Shown: positions 18,151-27,606, counted from the stretch's first letter. The stretch is 45,439 nt of DNA from Candidatus Pacearchaeota archaeon CG1_02_32_21 (GCA_001872185.1 MNVX01000021.1:1-45439); one strand, 5' to 3'. Program-made: numbers and translations. Notes: generated from the sequence alone by a model not told the origin.

Positions 18151-18966
18151 ATGGCACAAACAAAAACACATGTTTCAAAAGAAAAGCTAAGAACAGTGAA
18201 AGAGTTAGTTGAGCTCATAGAGTCCAATAATACCATAATGCTAGCTTCTATTAAAAGTCTTCCTTTGAAACAGTTTCAGAAAATAAAAAAACAATTATCT
18301 CAGGAAGTAGCAATAAAAGTTGTTAAAAAAAGAATATTCAAGAAATCTTTAGATTCTTCAAAAAAAACAAATGTAAAAGACCTTGCCAATTTTATTAAAG
18401 AGGATTGTGCAGTTTTGATTTCCAATATGGATGCATTTGAACTTTCTTATAAATTAAGTGAAAGTAAATCTCCTGTAAAGGCAAAGGCTGGACAAATTTC
18501 TCCTATTGACATTGAAGTTGAGACTGGACAGACTGATCTTCCTGCAGGACCTGCAGTTAGTGAGCTTGGGGGGTTAGGAATTACAGTTAAGGTTACTCAA
18601 GGTAAAATAGAAATTGTATCTCCAAGAGTAATAGTTAAAGAAGGTAAAAAAATAAGTGAAGAAGCTGCAAGTGTTATGGGTAAACTTAACATTCTTCCAT
18701 TTTCAGTTGGATTCATCCCTTTGGTGGCTTATGATTCAAAATCTGCGAAGATATATGAAAGCATCAAAGTAGATAAAGAAGGAACAATAGAAAGTTTACA
18801 GGAAAGTGCAAGAAAGGCGTTGGCATTTGCTGTAAGCATTGCATTCACAACAAAAGACAGTTTGAAATTTTTACTAGCTAAAGCAGCAAGCCATGAAAAA
18901 GCTATAAACGATTTAATTAATAAAAATTATTCTCAAGAAAATAAATCTGTGGGAGAAGAAAAATAA
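18151..18966 (+). CDS. rpl10: 50S ribosomal protein L10/P0 (uL10)
   Basis: AKAGQISPIDI, TDLPAGP; start moved to ATG 18151. Confidence 0.93.
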   Translation: MAQTKTHVSKEKLRTVKELVELIESNNTIMLASIKSLPLKQFQKIKKQLSQEVAIKVVKKRIFKKSLDSSKKTNVKDLANFIKEDCAVLISNMDAFELSYKLSESKSPVKAKAGQISPIDIEVETGQTDLPAGPAVSELGGLGITVKVTQGKIEIVSPRVIVKEGKKISEEAASVMGKLNILPFSVGFIPLVAYDSKSAKIYESIKVDKEGTIESLQESARKALAFAVSIAFTTKDSLKFLLAKAASHEKAINDLINKNYSQENKSVGEEK

Positions 18967-19253
18967 TGGAATACATATATGCGGCTCTTTTGTTGCATAA
19001 ACTAGGCAAACCAGTTGATGAAGCACATTTAAAAAAAGTTGTTTCAGCATCTGGAGCTGAAGTTGATGAAAGCAAGGTTAAGGCGCTTGTAGCTAGTTTA
19101 CATGGCGTAGATATAGACAAAGAACTTGAAAATGCAGTTCTTGTTGCATCAAGCGGAGCACCTAGTGGAAAGGCAACTGAAGAGAAAAAGGAAGAAAAGA
19201 AAGAAGAAAAGGCAGAAGCTGCTGCTGAAGGACTCAGTTCATTATTCGGATAA
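18966..19253 (+). CDS. rpl12: 50S ribosomal protein L12/P1
   Basis: MEYIYAALLLH...GLSSLFG. Confidence 0.97.
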   Translation: MEYIYAALLLHKLGKPVDEAHLKKVVSASGAEVDESKVKALVASLHGVDIDKELENAVLVASSGAPSGKATEEKKEEKKEEKAEAAAEGLSSLFG

Positions 19254-19443
19254 AATTATTTAAAATAAGAACTGAGTCTTCTTCTATCTTAGCTAAGTCT
19301 CTTTGATATAATCTCCTTTGGAGACTTAACATAACATTAATGTTTAAAAATAATACTTCTATCTAATTATTAAGCTGACATCGCATAGCCGAATAAATTC
19401 GATAGTTTATTTTATAAACTGATACGATGTCTGTGTAAGTAAT

Positions 19444-19524
19444 GCCGACATCGCATAGTGGTATTGCAACTGGCTTGAGACCAGTGCCCTTCGGGGCCCC
19501 CCGGTTCGATTCCGGGTGTCGGCG
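19444..19524 (+). tRNA. tRNA-Ser(TGA)
   Basis: Acceptor GCCGACA/TGTCGGC-G, anticodon arm ACTGG-CTTGAGA-CCAGT, long variable arm. Confidence 0.95.
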
Positions 19525-19529
19525 TTAAC

Positions 19530-19554
19530 AACTTTTCTTTAGAAAAGAAAAGTT
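19530..19554. repeat. 11-bp perfect hairpin after tRNA-Ser
   Basis: AACTTTTCTTT-AGA-AAAGAAAAGTT; possible terminator or dispersed palindrome. Confidence 0.6.
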
Positions 19555-19621
19555 CTTAGAGTCAAAAGAAACTAATAGTGCTCAAAAGAAACTAGATAAA
19601 AATTGAAATTGTATCGTTAAC

Positions 19622-20656
19622 CTATTCTTTTTTTTGTTTAGATGCATTGTGCTCAAAATAAATCTCAAATAAAGTAGCAAGATATGCAACCACTAAAGGC
19701 CCAACAATAACTCCAAAAATTCCAAAAACTAATAATCCTCCAACCATTCCGATAAGAGTGAATGAGGTTGGAAGCTGAGACTGCCTTGACACAAAAATTG
19801 GATGGGTTATGTTGTCAAAAAAGGATACAAATAATCCGTTATACAATAGGAGCAGTATAGCAGGTAAAGTTTGTCCTGAAATAAACAATCCTGCAACAAC
19901 AGGTATCCAAACAATCCATGGCCCAACAATAGGTATCACTCCTGCAAGTATTGCAATAAACGTAAGAAGAGTTGAGTTTGGCACTCCTGCAATATAAAAG
20001 CTTATTCCAGACAACAGCCCCGTGATAATTCCTATGATTATTCTTCCATATATAACTGAGAATGTAACATCTTTTGATTTTTTAATAAATCTAGCTGTTA
20101 AACTTTTATTAAATGGCAATGTATCTTCCAAGACTTTTATTAATTTGCTTCCGTCGCGTAACCCGTAAAAAAAGACCAGTGCAACAACAGCAAGTTTTAG
20201 TAATAAATTGGGAAGATCAATGACAAACGCGGTAAATCTTTCTAAGGTTGTTTGAGTTGTAGTTGAAACAAATGTGCTGTAAGCTGCTGCAAAATTTGCA
20301 GTTATTTGGTCAGAAGTAAATAATATTGGTATTGCTTTTTTCAGAACACCAACTGCATCCATGCCAATAACCATATTATAAGTGTTAAATATCTGGGTAA
20401 CTAAAATTGGTACAACAAACCAAATAAACAGTCCGAGCAAAGCAACTACTATTAAAGAGGTTATACATGCTGAAATTGTTCCGTTTTTAATAAGTTTAAT
20501 AAGTCTTTTATCTATTGGATTAAAAATATAAGCAAGTATTAATCCAAGTATTATTGAAAAAAAGATAGGCTTAATTATTAAAAATGTGAAAACAATTAAT
20601 ATACTTATAAGTCCCATTGCAATAAGTTGTTTGATTGATTCTTCGTTAAGTGGCAT
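19622..20656 (-). CDS. AI-2E family (UPF0118) transporter
   Basis: Multi-TM; IPIVGPWIVWIP, FGIFGVIVGP. Confidence 0.9.
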   Translation of the reverse strand: MPLNEESIKQLIAMGLISILIVFTFLIIKPIFFSIILGLILAYIFNPIDKRLIKLIKNGTISACITSLIVVALLGLFIWFVVPILVTQIFNTYNMVIGMDAVGVLKKAIPILFTSDQITANFAAAYSTFVSTTTQTTLERFTAFVIDLPNLLLKLAVVALVFFYGLRDGSKLIKVLEDTLPFNKSLTARFIKKSKDVTFSVIYGRIIIGIITGLLSGISFYIAGVPNSTLLTFIAILAGVIPIVGPWIVWIPVVAGLFISGQTLPAILLLLYNGLFVSFFDNITHPIFVSRQSQLPTSFTLIGMVGGLLVFGIFGVIVGPLVVAYLATLFEIYFEHNASKQKKE

Positions 20657-20759
20657 ACAAAGAGATATATTTTATAATATATAAACATTTTCTGCCGGTA
20701 AATTCCAGTTAAGTTAAGGCAATGAAAAACTTTATAAGTTAATAATAAAATGTAATAAG

Positions 20760-21464
20760 ATGGATTCGTTTATAAAAAAGATATTCGATAAAAAAGAAGA
20801 TAATTTTGTTCATATCCAATTACAAAAATTTAGCAAGGGCTTATTTAAAAATAAAGCCCTGATTAAAGCTTCTAAATCTGGTTCAAATTATTCAATCAAT
20901 ACAACTGCAGAATATGCAAATGAACTTGTAAGAAGTGTAGCAGAATTGCTTGATGATGGACAAAAAGTCAAAACAATAGGAATAATAGTTTCTACAAGGG
21001 ATCTATCAAATGAACTTTCTTTTAAAAATAAGAAACAGTTTATGGGAATAAAGCAATATGTAATTGATTCTGAAATGACTAAAAAACAAATAATTGAAAT
21101 ATGTGACAAATTTCCTGCATCATTTATTGGTTTATCATTTTCAGTAAATGGAACAGAACTTAAGATAAAGCCTAAAGCTCCAAAATCAGCTAAACCAAGT
21201 ACAAAGGAAGATGGAAAGTTCAAAGTTGACTTTTGCAAGATAAAAACTGGTAATGAAAAATTGGTCAGAAGCTTATTGTTTGATGTTTCTGAATTCAAAA
21301 AAGTAGAAATATTTCATGATTTTGAAATTACAGGGTTAGACATACCTAAAAATGAGTCAGATCCTTTGAAAATGAGAGAAAATACAGTAAGAAATGGTAA
21401 GTTAGTAAGAAAATTAGTTGTAGACGGCAAAAATATTGAAAAAGTTGTTGAATTCTCTGCGTAA
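20760..21464 (+). CDS. Hypothetical protein
   Basis: 234-aa ORF with upstream TATA; no recognised family. Confidence 0.8.
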   Translation: MDSFIKKIFDKKEDNFVHIQLQKFSKGLFKNKALIKASKSGSNYSINTTAEYANELVRSVAELLDDGQKVKTIGIIVSTRDLSNELSFKNKKQFMGIKQYVIDSEMTKKQIIEICDKFPASFIGLSFSVNGTELKIKPKAPKSAKPSTKEDGKFKVDFCKIKTGNEKLVRSLLFDVSEFKKVEIFHDFEITGLDIPKNESDPLKMRENTVRNGKLVRKLVVDGKNIEKVVEFSA

Positions 21465-21489
21465 GATAAAAACAAGGGAGTGTCGCAGA

Positions 21490-22728
21490 TTAGGGAGTTA
21501 TCATCATTTTCTCCTCTCCTGTCACATTGCGGGAGTTTTTTAATTTAATTGCATTTAATAGCATAGTTTCCCAAGCATTTCCATTTATTCCTATTCCACA
21601 TTTATCAGCAGGAGTTAAGTTTTCTCTTGCGTTTTTTCTAACAAAGTTATGAAATACCTTAAACCCGTCTTGATATTCTTGAACTTTTGTAACTCCTCGC
21701 CTTACTTTGTGAAACTCTTTTTGATGTGAGTGATGGCTTTCTATTGCGTTGTTGTTTACAGCTTTTCTCTGTCCTTTGATTGAAGTAAACTTGACCTTTC
21801 TTTCATTGCCCCAATTTCTAAAAGTTTTTCTACATCCATCTTCATAACCTTTGTAACCATCAACGATTATCTGAAAAGGTATTTTTCCGTTTTGTTTGTA
21901 TGCTTCTGTAAAAACTTTCTGTGCGTCTTTGCTACTTCGGCTTCTGCCAGAATTTATAGAGGCAAGTAAAAATTTAGTTTTATTATCCATTACATTCCAA
22001 ACATAATCATAATTTCCAGTAAGATTACCTTTTTCTTTTCCTCTCTTGCTTAAAACCAAAGTTTCATCAGCGTTCCAAACCCCAGAAGTTTTAGGAGTTA
22101 GAGTTTTGCTATATTTTTCCATAACTTCTGTAAATCTTAAAACCCATCTTCTTATTGTTTCGTGATGTAATTTTAATCCATAGAATTGATTAAATTGGTC
22201 TGCAATATCCCTATAAGATAATCCTTTGTAATAGCAATCCATAGCCAAACAAACAAGTTTAGCATTTCCTTTAATGTATTTAATTGGTTCTAAAACAAAT
22301 CTCTTTTTACAATCCTTACAGCTAAATCTTTGTTTATCGCTTGTTTTATCGTGCCTTACTCCTCTTTTGATTAAATTTTGAGATTGGCAGTAGGGACAGC
22401 AGTTTTCAGTTGGTTTTTCTAAAATTAATTCTATTTCTTGTTTTATTGGTGTAGCTTCAATTTCATAATGATTTTTTAGTTTTTCAAATATTAGAATAGC
22501 TTTGATATGTTTGCAGTATAATCCTTTTCCCTTACATCTTAATTCAAAATCCTTACAATTACAAGAATAACTATCAAAATGAGTAACTTGATATTTTTTA
22601 TTGCTATCAAATTGAGAAGGAACTAAGTAAGTATTCTCATCTAAACATTCTGGTTTAGAGTTTTCTAATATCTGTCTTGCTCTTTGCTCTCTCTTATCTG
22701 AAAGTTGTTTTATTGTTTGTGTTATCAT
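21490..22728 (-). CDS. IS6-family DDE transposase with N-terminal SWIM and zinc-ribbon domains
   Basis: SWIM CNC...CKH; CPYC...CKDC; HTH; WNADET, IVDG, NNAIES. Confidence 0.9.
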   Translation of the reverse strand: MITQTIKQLSDKREQRARQILENSKPECLDENTYLVPSQFDSNKKYQVTHFDSYSCNCKDFELRCKGKGLYCKHIKAILIFEKLKNHYEIEATPIKQEIELILEKPTENCCPYCQSQNLIKRGVRHDKTSDKQRFSCKDCKKRFVLEPIKYIKGNAKLVCLAMDCYYKGLSYRDIADQFNQFYGLKLHHETIRRWVLRFTEVMEKYSKTLTPKTSGVWNADETLVLSKRGKEKGNLTGNYDYVWNVMDNKTKFLLASINSGRSRSSKDAQKVFTEAYKQNGKIPFQIIVDGYKGYEDGCRKTFRNWGNERKVKFTSIKGQRKAVNNNAIESHHSHQKEFHKVRRGVTKVQEYQDGFKVFHNFVRKNARENLTPADKCGIGINGNAWETMLLNAIKLKNSRNVTGEEKMMITP

Positions 22729-22752
22729 TTTTTTTATTTCCTTATTTATCTA

Positions 22753-22815
22753 TATACTATTTAGGTATATAGAGTATTTAAATATTATTGTAGTAGACTA
22801 TACTATTTAGGTATA
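22753..22815. promoter_or_regulatory. Two identical 17-bp palindromic operator-like sites
   Basis: TATACTATTTAGGTATA (TATAC-N7-GTATA) at 22753-22769 and 22799-22815. Confidence 0.7.
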
Positions 22816-22902
22816 CCCTTTTTTATATATGTTTAATCCTGTATATAACAAAAGGTTTATATAGTAGTGTCACTTTAAAATACTGAGGTTAATTATATAA
22901 AC

Positions 22903-23109
22903 ATGGCAGAACGCAGTATTAGTATGAAAAAAGAGGAATTTGGAGTAAATGTTCTTATAGTGGGTCATAGATGTTGGCGTTGTAAACACGCTTGGGTTCC
23001 TCGTGATATAGGAGAAATACCTGAAATTTGTCCTAAATGTAAAAGTCCATATTGGAAAAAACCTAAGACTTTATTTAAAAAAGGAGAGAAGAAAAATGGA
23101 AAAAAATAA
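22903..23109 (+). CDS. Zinc-ribbon microprotein
   Basis: CWRCKHAWVPR...PEICPKCKSPYW. Confidence 0.8.
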   Translation: MAERSISMKKEEFGVNVLIVGHRCWRCKHAWVPRDIGEIPEICPKCKSPYWKKPKTLFKKGEKKNGKK

Positions 23110-24307
23110 TCATCTTAATACTATCCTTGAAAAAAGTAAGAAACATTTGATATTAGAATTTGGAGAAGCGGAAGCTCAAGAATTTATAAAAGAAGTTAAA
23201 TTAAAAATAAATTCTAAAGAAACTAAGGAGATTATCCAGCAGTTTAATGAAATATATGTAAAAAAAATAAAACAGAAATATCAAAAAGAAACAAGCCCAG
23301 AATATGATAAAAAATTATTTAGCTTCATAAAAAAAGATAATAAGAAAATAAAAATAGTTTGGGGGGATTGTTATGAAAACTTAAAAAAGTTACCTTCTGA
23401 AAGTGTGCATTTAATGGTTACTTCTCCACCTTACTATAATGCAAGAGAATACTCTCAATATGGAGATTTAAATAAATATCTTGATGATATGAAAAAAATA
23501 ATTTCTGAATGTTATAGAGTTTTAGACAATCATCATGTATTTGTTTTTAATGTTGGAGATATATTTGATAATGATAATATTACTACTAAATCAGTTTGGG
23601 GAGATAGAAGATTACCTCTTGGTGCTTACTTCATAAAAATATTTGAAGAAGTGGGTTTTACTTTTGTAGATGATTTTATCTGGGATAAAGGAGAAGTCCA
23701 AAGCGAAAGACATAAAAATGGAAATAATCCTTATCCATTTTATCAATATCCTATGAATTGCTATGAACATATTTTAATATTTCATAAGCATAGATTAGAT
23801 AATACTCATTTTCCTTGTCCTGTTTGTGGAACATTACAAGTAAATAGCAACACCCAATCAGAAATAGGTTTAATGTCTTGGGAATGTAAAAATTTAGAAT
23901 GTTTTGAAAGAAGTGCAAGTGATAGAGGCAAAAGATTTTCATTAAAAACAAATATGACACAAAGCCCATTAATTAGGGAAGGAAACGAAGTTCCACATGA
24001 TTTAATTAAAAAGTGGAGAAGGGATATAATTAAATTTTCTCCTGTAATAAAAATAAATAGTAAGGGAGAAAATAAATTAGGACATACTGCACCATTCCCA
24101 GAGGATATACCTGAAATAGCAGTTTGGTTTTATTCATATAAAGGAGATATAGTTTTAGACCCTTTTGCAGGGAGTTTTACAACTGCAATAGTTTCTAATA
24201 AATTAGGTAGAATAGGGGTAGGTATGGAATTAAGAAAAGATTTATTTGAAAATGCAATAAAGGATAATCTTAATAAAAAAGAACAGGATTTTGAGGAATT
24301 TAATTAA
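23096..24307 (+). CDS. Beta-class amino (N4-C/N6-A) DNA methyltransferase
   Basis: Motif IV TSPPY precedes motif I DPFAGS; HTAPFP; CPVC...CKNLEC insert. Confidence 0.93.
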   Translation: MEKNNHLNTILEKSKKHLILEFGEAEAQEFIKEVKLKINSKETKEIIQQFNEIYVKKIKQKYQKETSPEYDKKLFSFIKKDNKKIKIVWGDCYENLKKLPSESVHLMVTSPPYYNAREYSQYGDLNKYLDDMKKIISECYRVLDNHHVFVFNVGDIFDNDNITTKSVWGDRRLPLGAYFIKIFEEVGFTFVDDFIWDKGEVQSERHKNGNNPYPFYQYPMNCYEHILIFHKHRLDNTHFPCPVCGTLQVNSNTQSEIGLMSWECKNLECFERSASDRGKRFSLKTNMTQSPLIREGNEVPHDLIKKWRRDIIKFSPVIKINSKGENKLGHTAPFPEDIPEIAVWFYSYKGDIVLDPFAGSFTTAIVSNKLGRIGVGMELRKDLFENAIKDNLNKKEQDFEEFN

Positions 24308-25099
24308 TTATTCTAAGGTTTTAAAGTTATTTTCAAATTTTTTCCATTTTCCATAATCTTTAGAACTGAAATGTTGTCTATCTTGGTCTTTTAAAAAAGA
24401 TGTTCCTTTCATTGAATTACCCATAGTTTTAATAAAATCTTGAACAGACATAACTAAAAAATTAGGTTTATCATTATCATCTATTAAACACCAAATAAAG
24501 AAATGGTCTTTAGATAATATCATATCTCTTGGTTTATGGTCTGTTGCATAGGTATTTTTTGATTTTTCTCCAATATATTCTACTCTTGAAGATTTTACTT
24601 GTATTGACCTAAATTTAGTTTTATATTCTTTAGAACCACAATCACAATAATAATTAATTAACTTTACTTCTCCGCCACACTTATCACAAGTAGGAATAAG
24701 AGTAAAATTATCTACTCCTTTATTGTCACATTTTTTACAATTTGTGCTACTTCCTTCTGTTTTTGTTTTACACTTATTACATATTTTTATAGGTTTAATA
24801 TTTCTCTTTTCAGTTTTAGAAAAGTCTTTATGGCATTTATCACAAATTAAAGAAGGTGTCATAGCCCAATTCTTACCACATTTAGCACAAGCATATTTAT
24901 GTGCAATAATATCAATATATTCGTCATACATAGGACTATACACATTCCAACCATGTTTAGATAATTCAAAAGAAACCAAAAACTCACCATATCTTGAAAA
25001 GTGTTTTACATTCAAATCCGAAGTGGTTTTATATTGTCCTTCTTGAGTTTCTTCTGAATCTTCATTTTCTATATTATCTCCCACTAATCCCTTTTCCAT
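24308..25099 (-). CDS. PD-(D/E)XK nuclease with multi-zinc-ribbon insertion, putative restriction endonuclease
   Basis: GEFLV..EL..GWNVYSP..D..IDII ... IQVKS, split by five CxxC plus CDC; start moved to ATG 25099. Confidence 0.75.
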   Translation of the reverse strand: MEKGLVGDNIENEDSEETQEGQYKTTSDLNVKHFSRYGEFLVSFELSKHGWNVYSPMYDEYIDIIAHKYACAKCGKNWAMTPSLICDKCHKDFSKTEKRNIKPIKICNKCKTKTEGSSTNCKKCDNKGVDNFTLIPTCDKCGGEVKLINYYCDCGSKEYKTKFRSIQVKSSRVEYIGEKSKNTYATDHKPRDMILSKDHFFIWCLIDDNDKPNFLVMSVQDFIKTMGNSMKGTSFLKDQDRQHFSSKDYGKWKKFENNFKTLE

Positions 25100-25274
25100 G
25101 AATTTACAACAGAAATCTAATATAAAAACTTTCCTAAGTCCCTCATGCGACACTAAGTTTCAAGTCCCTAAATTGCGACAAGACCTAAAAACAATATCTT
25201 TATAAACACTCTTTTTTTGGATTAATTAATCCGTAAGAAGCCTAAAATGGTAATACTCCGCAAAAAAGTAGACT

Positions 25275-26228
25275 ATGGCAAAGCTATCAAGACCGAGAAG
25301 AGGAAGTTTGCAGTATTGGCCCCGAAAACGGGCTAAAAAACTGATTCCTAGTGTTAACTGGACAATTATTTCTTCAAAGAATTCTGATAAACAAATTTTA
25401 GGTTTTATAGGTTATAAGGTTGGCATGGCCAGTGCTTATGTTAAAGACAACACAGCTGATTCTATGACTAAAAGTAAAAGAATTAGCATTCCTGTTACGA
25501 TCATTGAATGCCCTAAACTAAAAATACTTTCTACAAGATTTTACAAAAATGGGCAGGTTATTGGTGAAGTTGTAAATAAAAACTTAAACAAAGAGCTTGT
25601 GAGGAAAATAAAGATTCCAAAAAAGATATCTAAAAAAATTGAAGATTACAAAGATTATGATGATATAAGAATTGTTGTTTATACTGACCTTAAGAATTTC
25701 ATCAAAAAAAATCCTGATATACTTGAAGTGAGCCTTGGAGGGAGTTTAGAAAATAAATTATCTTTTGTTAAAGAGCATATTGACAAAACAATAAGCGTTT
25801 CGGAGGCACTTCAACAGGGACAGTTAATTGATGTTAAAGCAGTTACAAAAGGTAAGGGGTTACAGGGACCTGTCAAAAGATTTGGAGCAGGATTAAGACA
25901 GCACAAGGCTGAAAAGGGAGTTAGAAAAATAGGGTCTATTGGACCATGGCATCCTTCAAGGGTTAGTTTTAGAGTTCCAATGGCTGGACAGATGGGATTT
26001 TTTAATAGAATACAATATAATAATAAAATTGTTTTTGTGAGCAATACTTTTGATAATAACATCAATCCTTCTGGAGGATTTAATCATTTTGGTAACATAC
26101 AGGGTGATTATATTCTTGTTACGGGAAGTGTGCAGGGACCTGCAAAAAGACAGCTTGTTATAACCCATCCATTAAGAGCAACAAAAAAACAATCTAAAAA
26201 AAATTACGAGTTTATTGAACTAAGATGA
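25275..26228 (+). CDS. rpl3: 50S ribosomal protein L3
   Basis: PRRGSLQYWPRKRA, GYKVGM. Confidence 0.97.
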   Translation: MAKLSRPRRGSLQYWPRKRAKKLIPSVNWTIISSKNSDKQILGFIGYKVGMASAYVKDNTADSMTKSKRISIPVTIIECPKLKILSTRFYKNGQVIGEVVNKNLNKELVRKIKIPKKISKKIEDYKDYDDIRIVVYTDLKNFIKKNPDILEVSLGGSLENKLSFVKEHIDKTISVSEALQQGQLIDVKAVTKGKGLQGPVKRFGAGLRQHKAEKGVRKIGSIGPWHPSRVSFRVPMAGQMGFFNRIQYNNKIVFVSNTFDNNINPSGGFNHFGNIQGDYILVTGSVQGPAKRQLVITHPLRATKKQSKKNYEFIELR

Positions 26229-26563
26229 AAATGAAAAGAACATTGCCTCACCAAAATCCATTAGAACATGCGAATGTATATTTGAATAAAGCTGAAGAAT
26301 TATTAATCGGATACTCTAGCAATCATAATATTCCTAGAATCATAAAAAATCAATATAAAATTTTAAGAGAACTTGCAGAAAGTTTTGGTGCAGAAGTTTC
26401 TGGATTACCAGAAAGATTAGATATGTTAGACAGGACTGAAGAGTTTGTAGCTGAATATAGAGAACCTGCTATTGAAATGGTTGAAGAAACTCGTGAGAGA
26501 TTATTTGATCCAAAAATACCAAGTTCATGGGAGGACTTACCGGATAAGTATTCTATAAGATGA
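26225..26563 (+). CDS. Hypothetical protein inserted between rpl3 and rpl4
   Basis: 112 aa, ATGA overlaps at both ends. Confidence 0.75.
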   Translation: MKMKRTLPHQNPLEHANVYLNKAEELLIGYSSNHNIPRIIKNQYKILRELAESFGAEVSGLPERLDMLDRTEEFVAEYREPAIEMVEETRERLFDPKIPSSWEDLPDKYSIR

Positions 26564-27366
26564 AATCACAAATAATATCAATAGAGGGTAAAAAGATAAA
26601 AGATATAGAACTTCCAAAAGTTTTTTCCAGCAAAATAAGGGAAGATATCTTAAAAAAAACATTTGAGTCTGAACAAATAGCTCATCCATACGGACCTTCA
26701 TTCGTTGCTGGAAGACAACACTCTGCATCTGGAATAATCAGGCACATAAGACATAAATGGAAATCAGGTTATGGAAGAGGAATGTCTAGGATACCTAGAA
26801 AAATACATTGGAGAAGAGGTACACAATTCTACTGGATAGGTGCAGAAGTTTCTGGAACTAGGGGTGGTAGAAGAGCTCATGGGCCAAGACCTGAAGGAAC
26901 AGTGCAAATAAGAAAAATAAACAAGAAAGAAAGAAAACTTGCAATATTTTCGGCTATAGCAGCGACAGCTTCTTCAGACAAAGTAATTGGAAGATATAAC
27001 AGGATTGATGAGATTAAGGAAGTTGCACTACCTGTAATTGTAGAGTCAAAAATATCAGAGTTAAAAACAAAGGAATTAATTAACGCTCTTGACAAAATAC
27101 TTGGCAAGTTAAGTATACAAAAGGAAAAAAATTATCGCTCTGGTAAGGGCAAGTTAAGAAATAGAAAGTACAAGAATTCAAGAGGCCTAATTATTATAAC
27201 TGGAAATGATGAAAAAATCAAGACAGATATGATAGAAAGTGTAAGGGTAAAGGGCCTAATGGTGAGTGATTTATACCCTAGTGGAAGAATAGCTGTTTAT
27301 ACTGAAAAGGCAATTAAAGACTTAGAGAATATAGATAAAGTTAATGCAGGAGTAAAGGAAAAATGA
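26560..27366 (+). CDS. rpl4: 50S ribosomal protein L4
   Basis: GRGMSRIPR, GGRRAH. Confidence 0.96.
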   Translation: MKSQIISIEGKKIKDIELPKVFSSKIREDILKKTFESEQIAHPYGPSFVAGRQHSASGIIRHIRHKWKSGYGRGMSRIPRKIHWRRGTQFYWIGAEVSGTRGGRRAHGPRPEGTVQIRKINKKERKLAIFSAIAATASSDKVIGRYNRIDEIKEVALPVIVESKISELKTKELINALDKILGKLSIQKEKNYRSGKGKLRNRKYKNSRGLIIITGNDEKIKTDMIESVRVKGLMVSDLYPSGRIAVYTEKAIKDLENIDKVNAGVKEK

Positions 27367-27605
27367 TAAGAAAACCAATAACAACTGAAAAGGCAATAAG
27401 GCTTATAGAAGCAGAGAATACTATTTTGTTTGAAGTGGATACAAGAAAAACAAAAGATGAAATAAAAAAATCTGTTGAAAAAATATTTAATGTTAAAGTT
27501 GAAAGTGTAAACACCTCTAACAGAGGTTCAAAAAAAATAGCATATGTTAAACTCGATAAAAAAAATCATGCAATAGATGTTGCAACTAAGCTTGGGATGA
27601 TATAG
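27363..27605 (+). CDS. rpl23: 50S ribosomal protein L23
   Basis: PITTEKA, KIAYVKL. Confidence 0.96.
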   Translation: MIRKPITTEKAIRLIEAENTILFEVDTRKTKDEIKKSVEKIFNVKVESVNTSNRGSKKIAYVKLDKKNHAIDVATKLGMI

Positions 27606-27606
27606 A

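Larger units (their letters stand above)
21476..25185. mobile_element. IS6-family transposon with passenger restriction-modification-like genes (3710 bp)
   Basis: 24-bp imperfect TIRs (18/24) GGGAGTGTCGCAGATTAGGGAGTT / GGTCTTGTCGCAATTTAGGGACTT; flanking direct repeat TAAAAACAA at 21467-21475 and 25186-25194. Confidence 0.9.

Noticed and set aside
25100..25153. Upstream GTG start of the nuclease
   Set aside because: Lies inside the subterminal repeat of the transposon.
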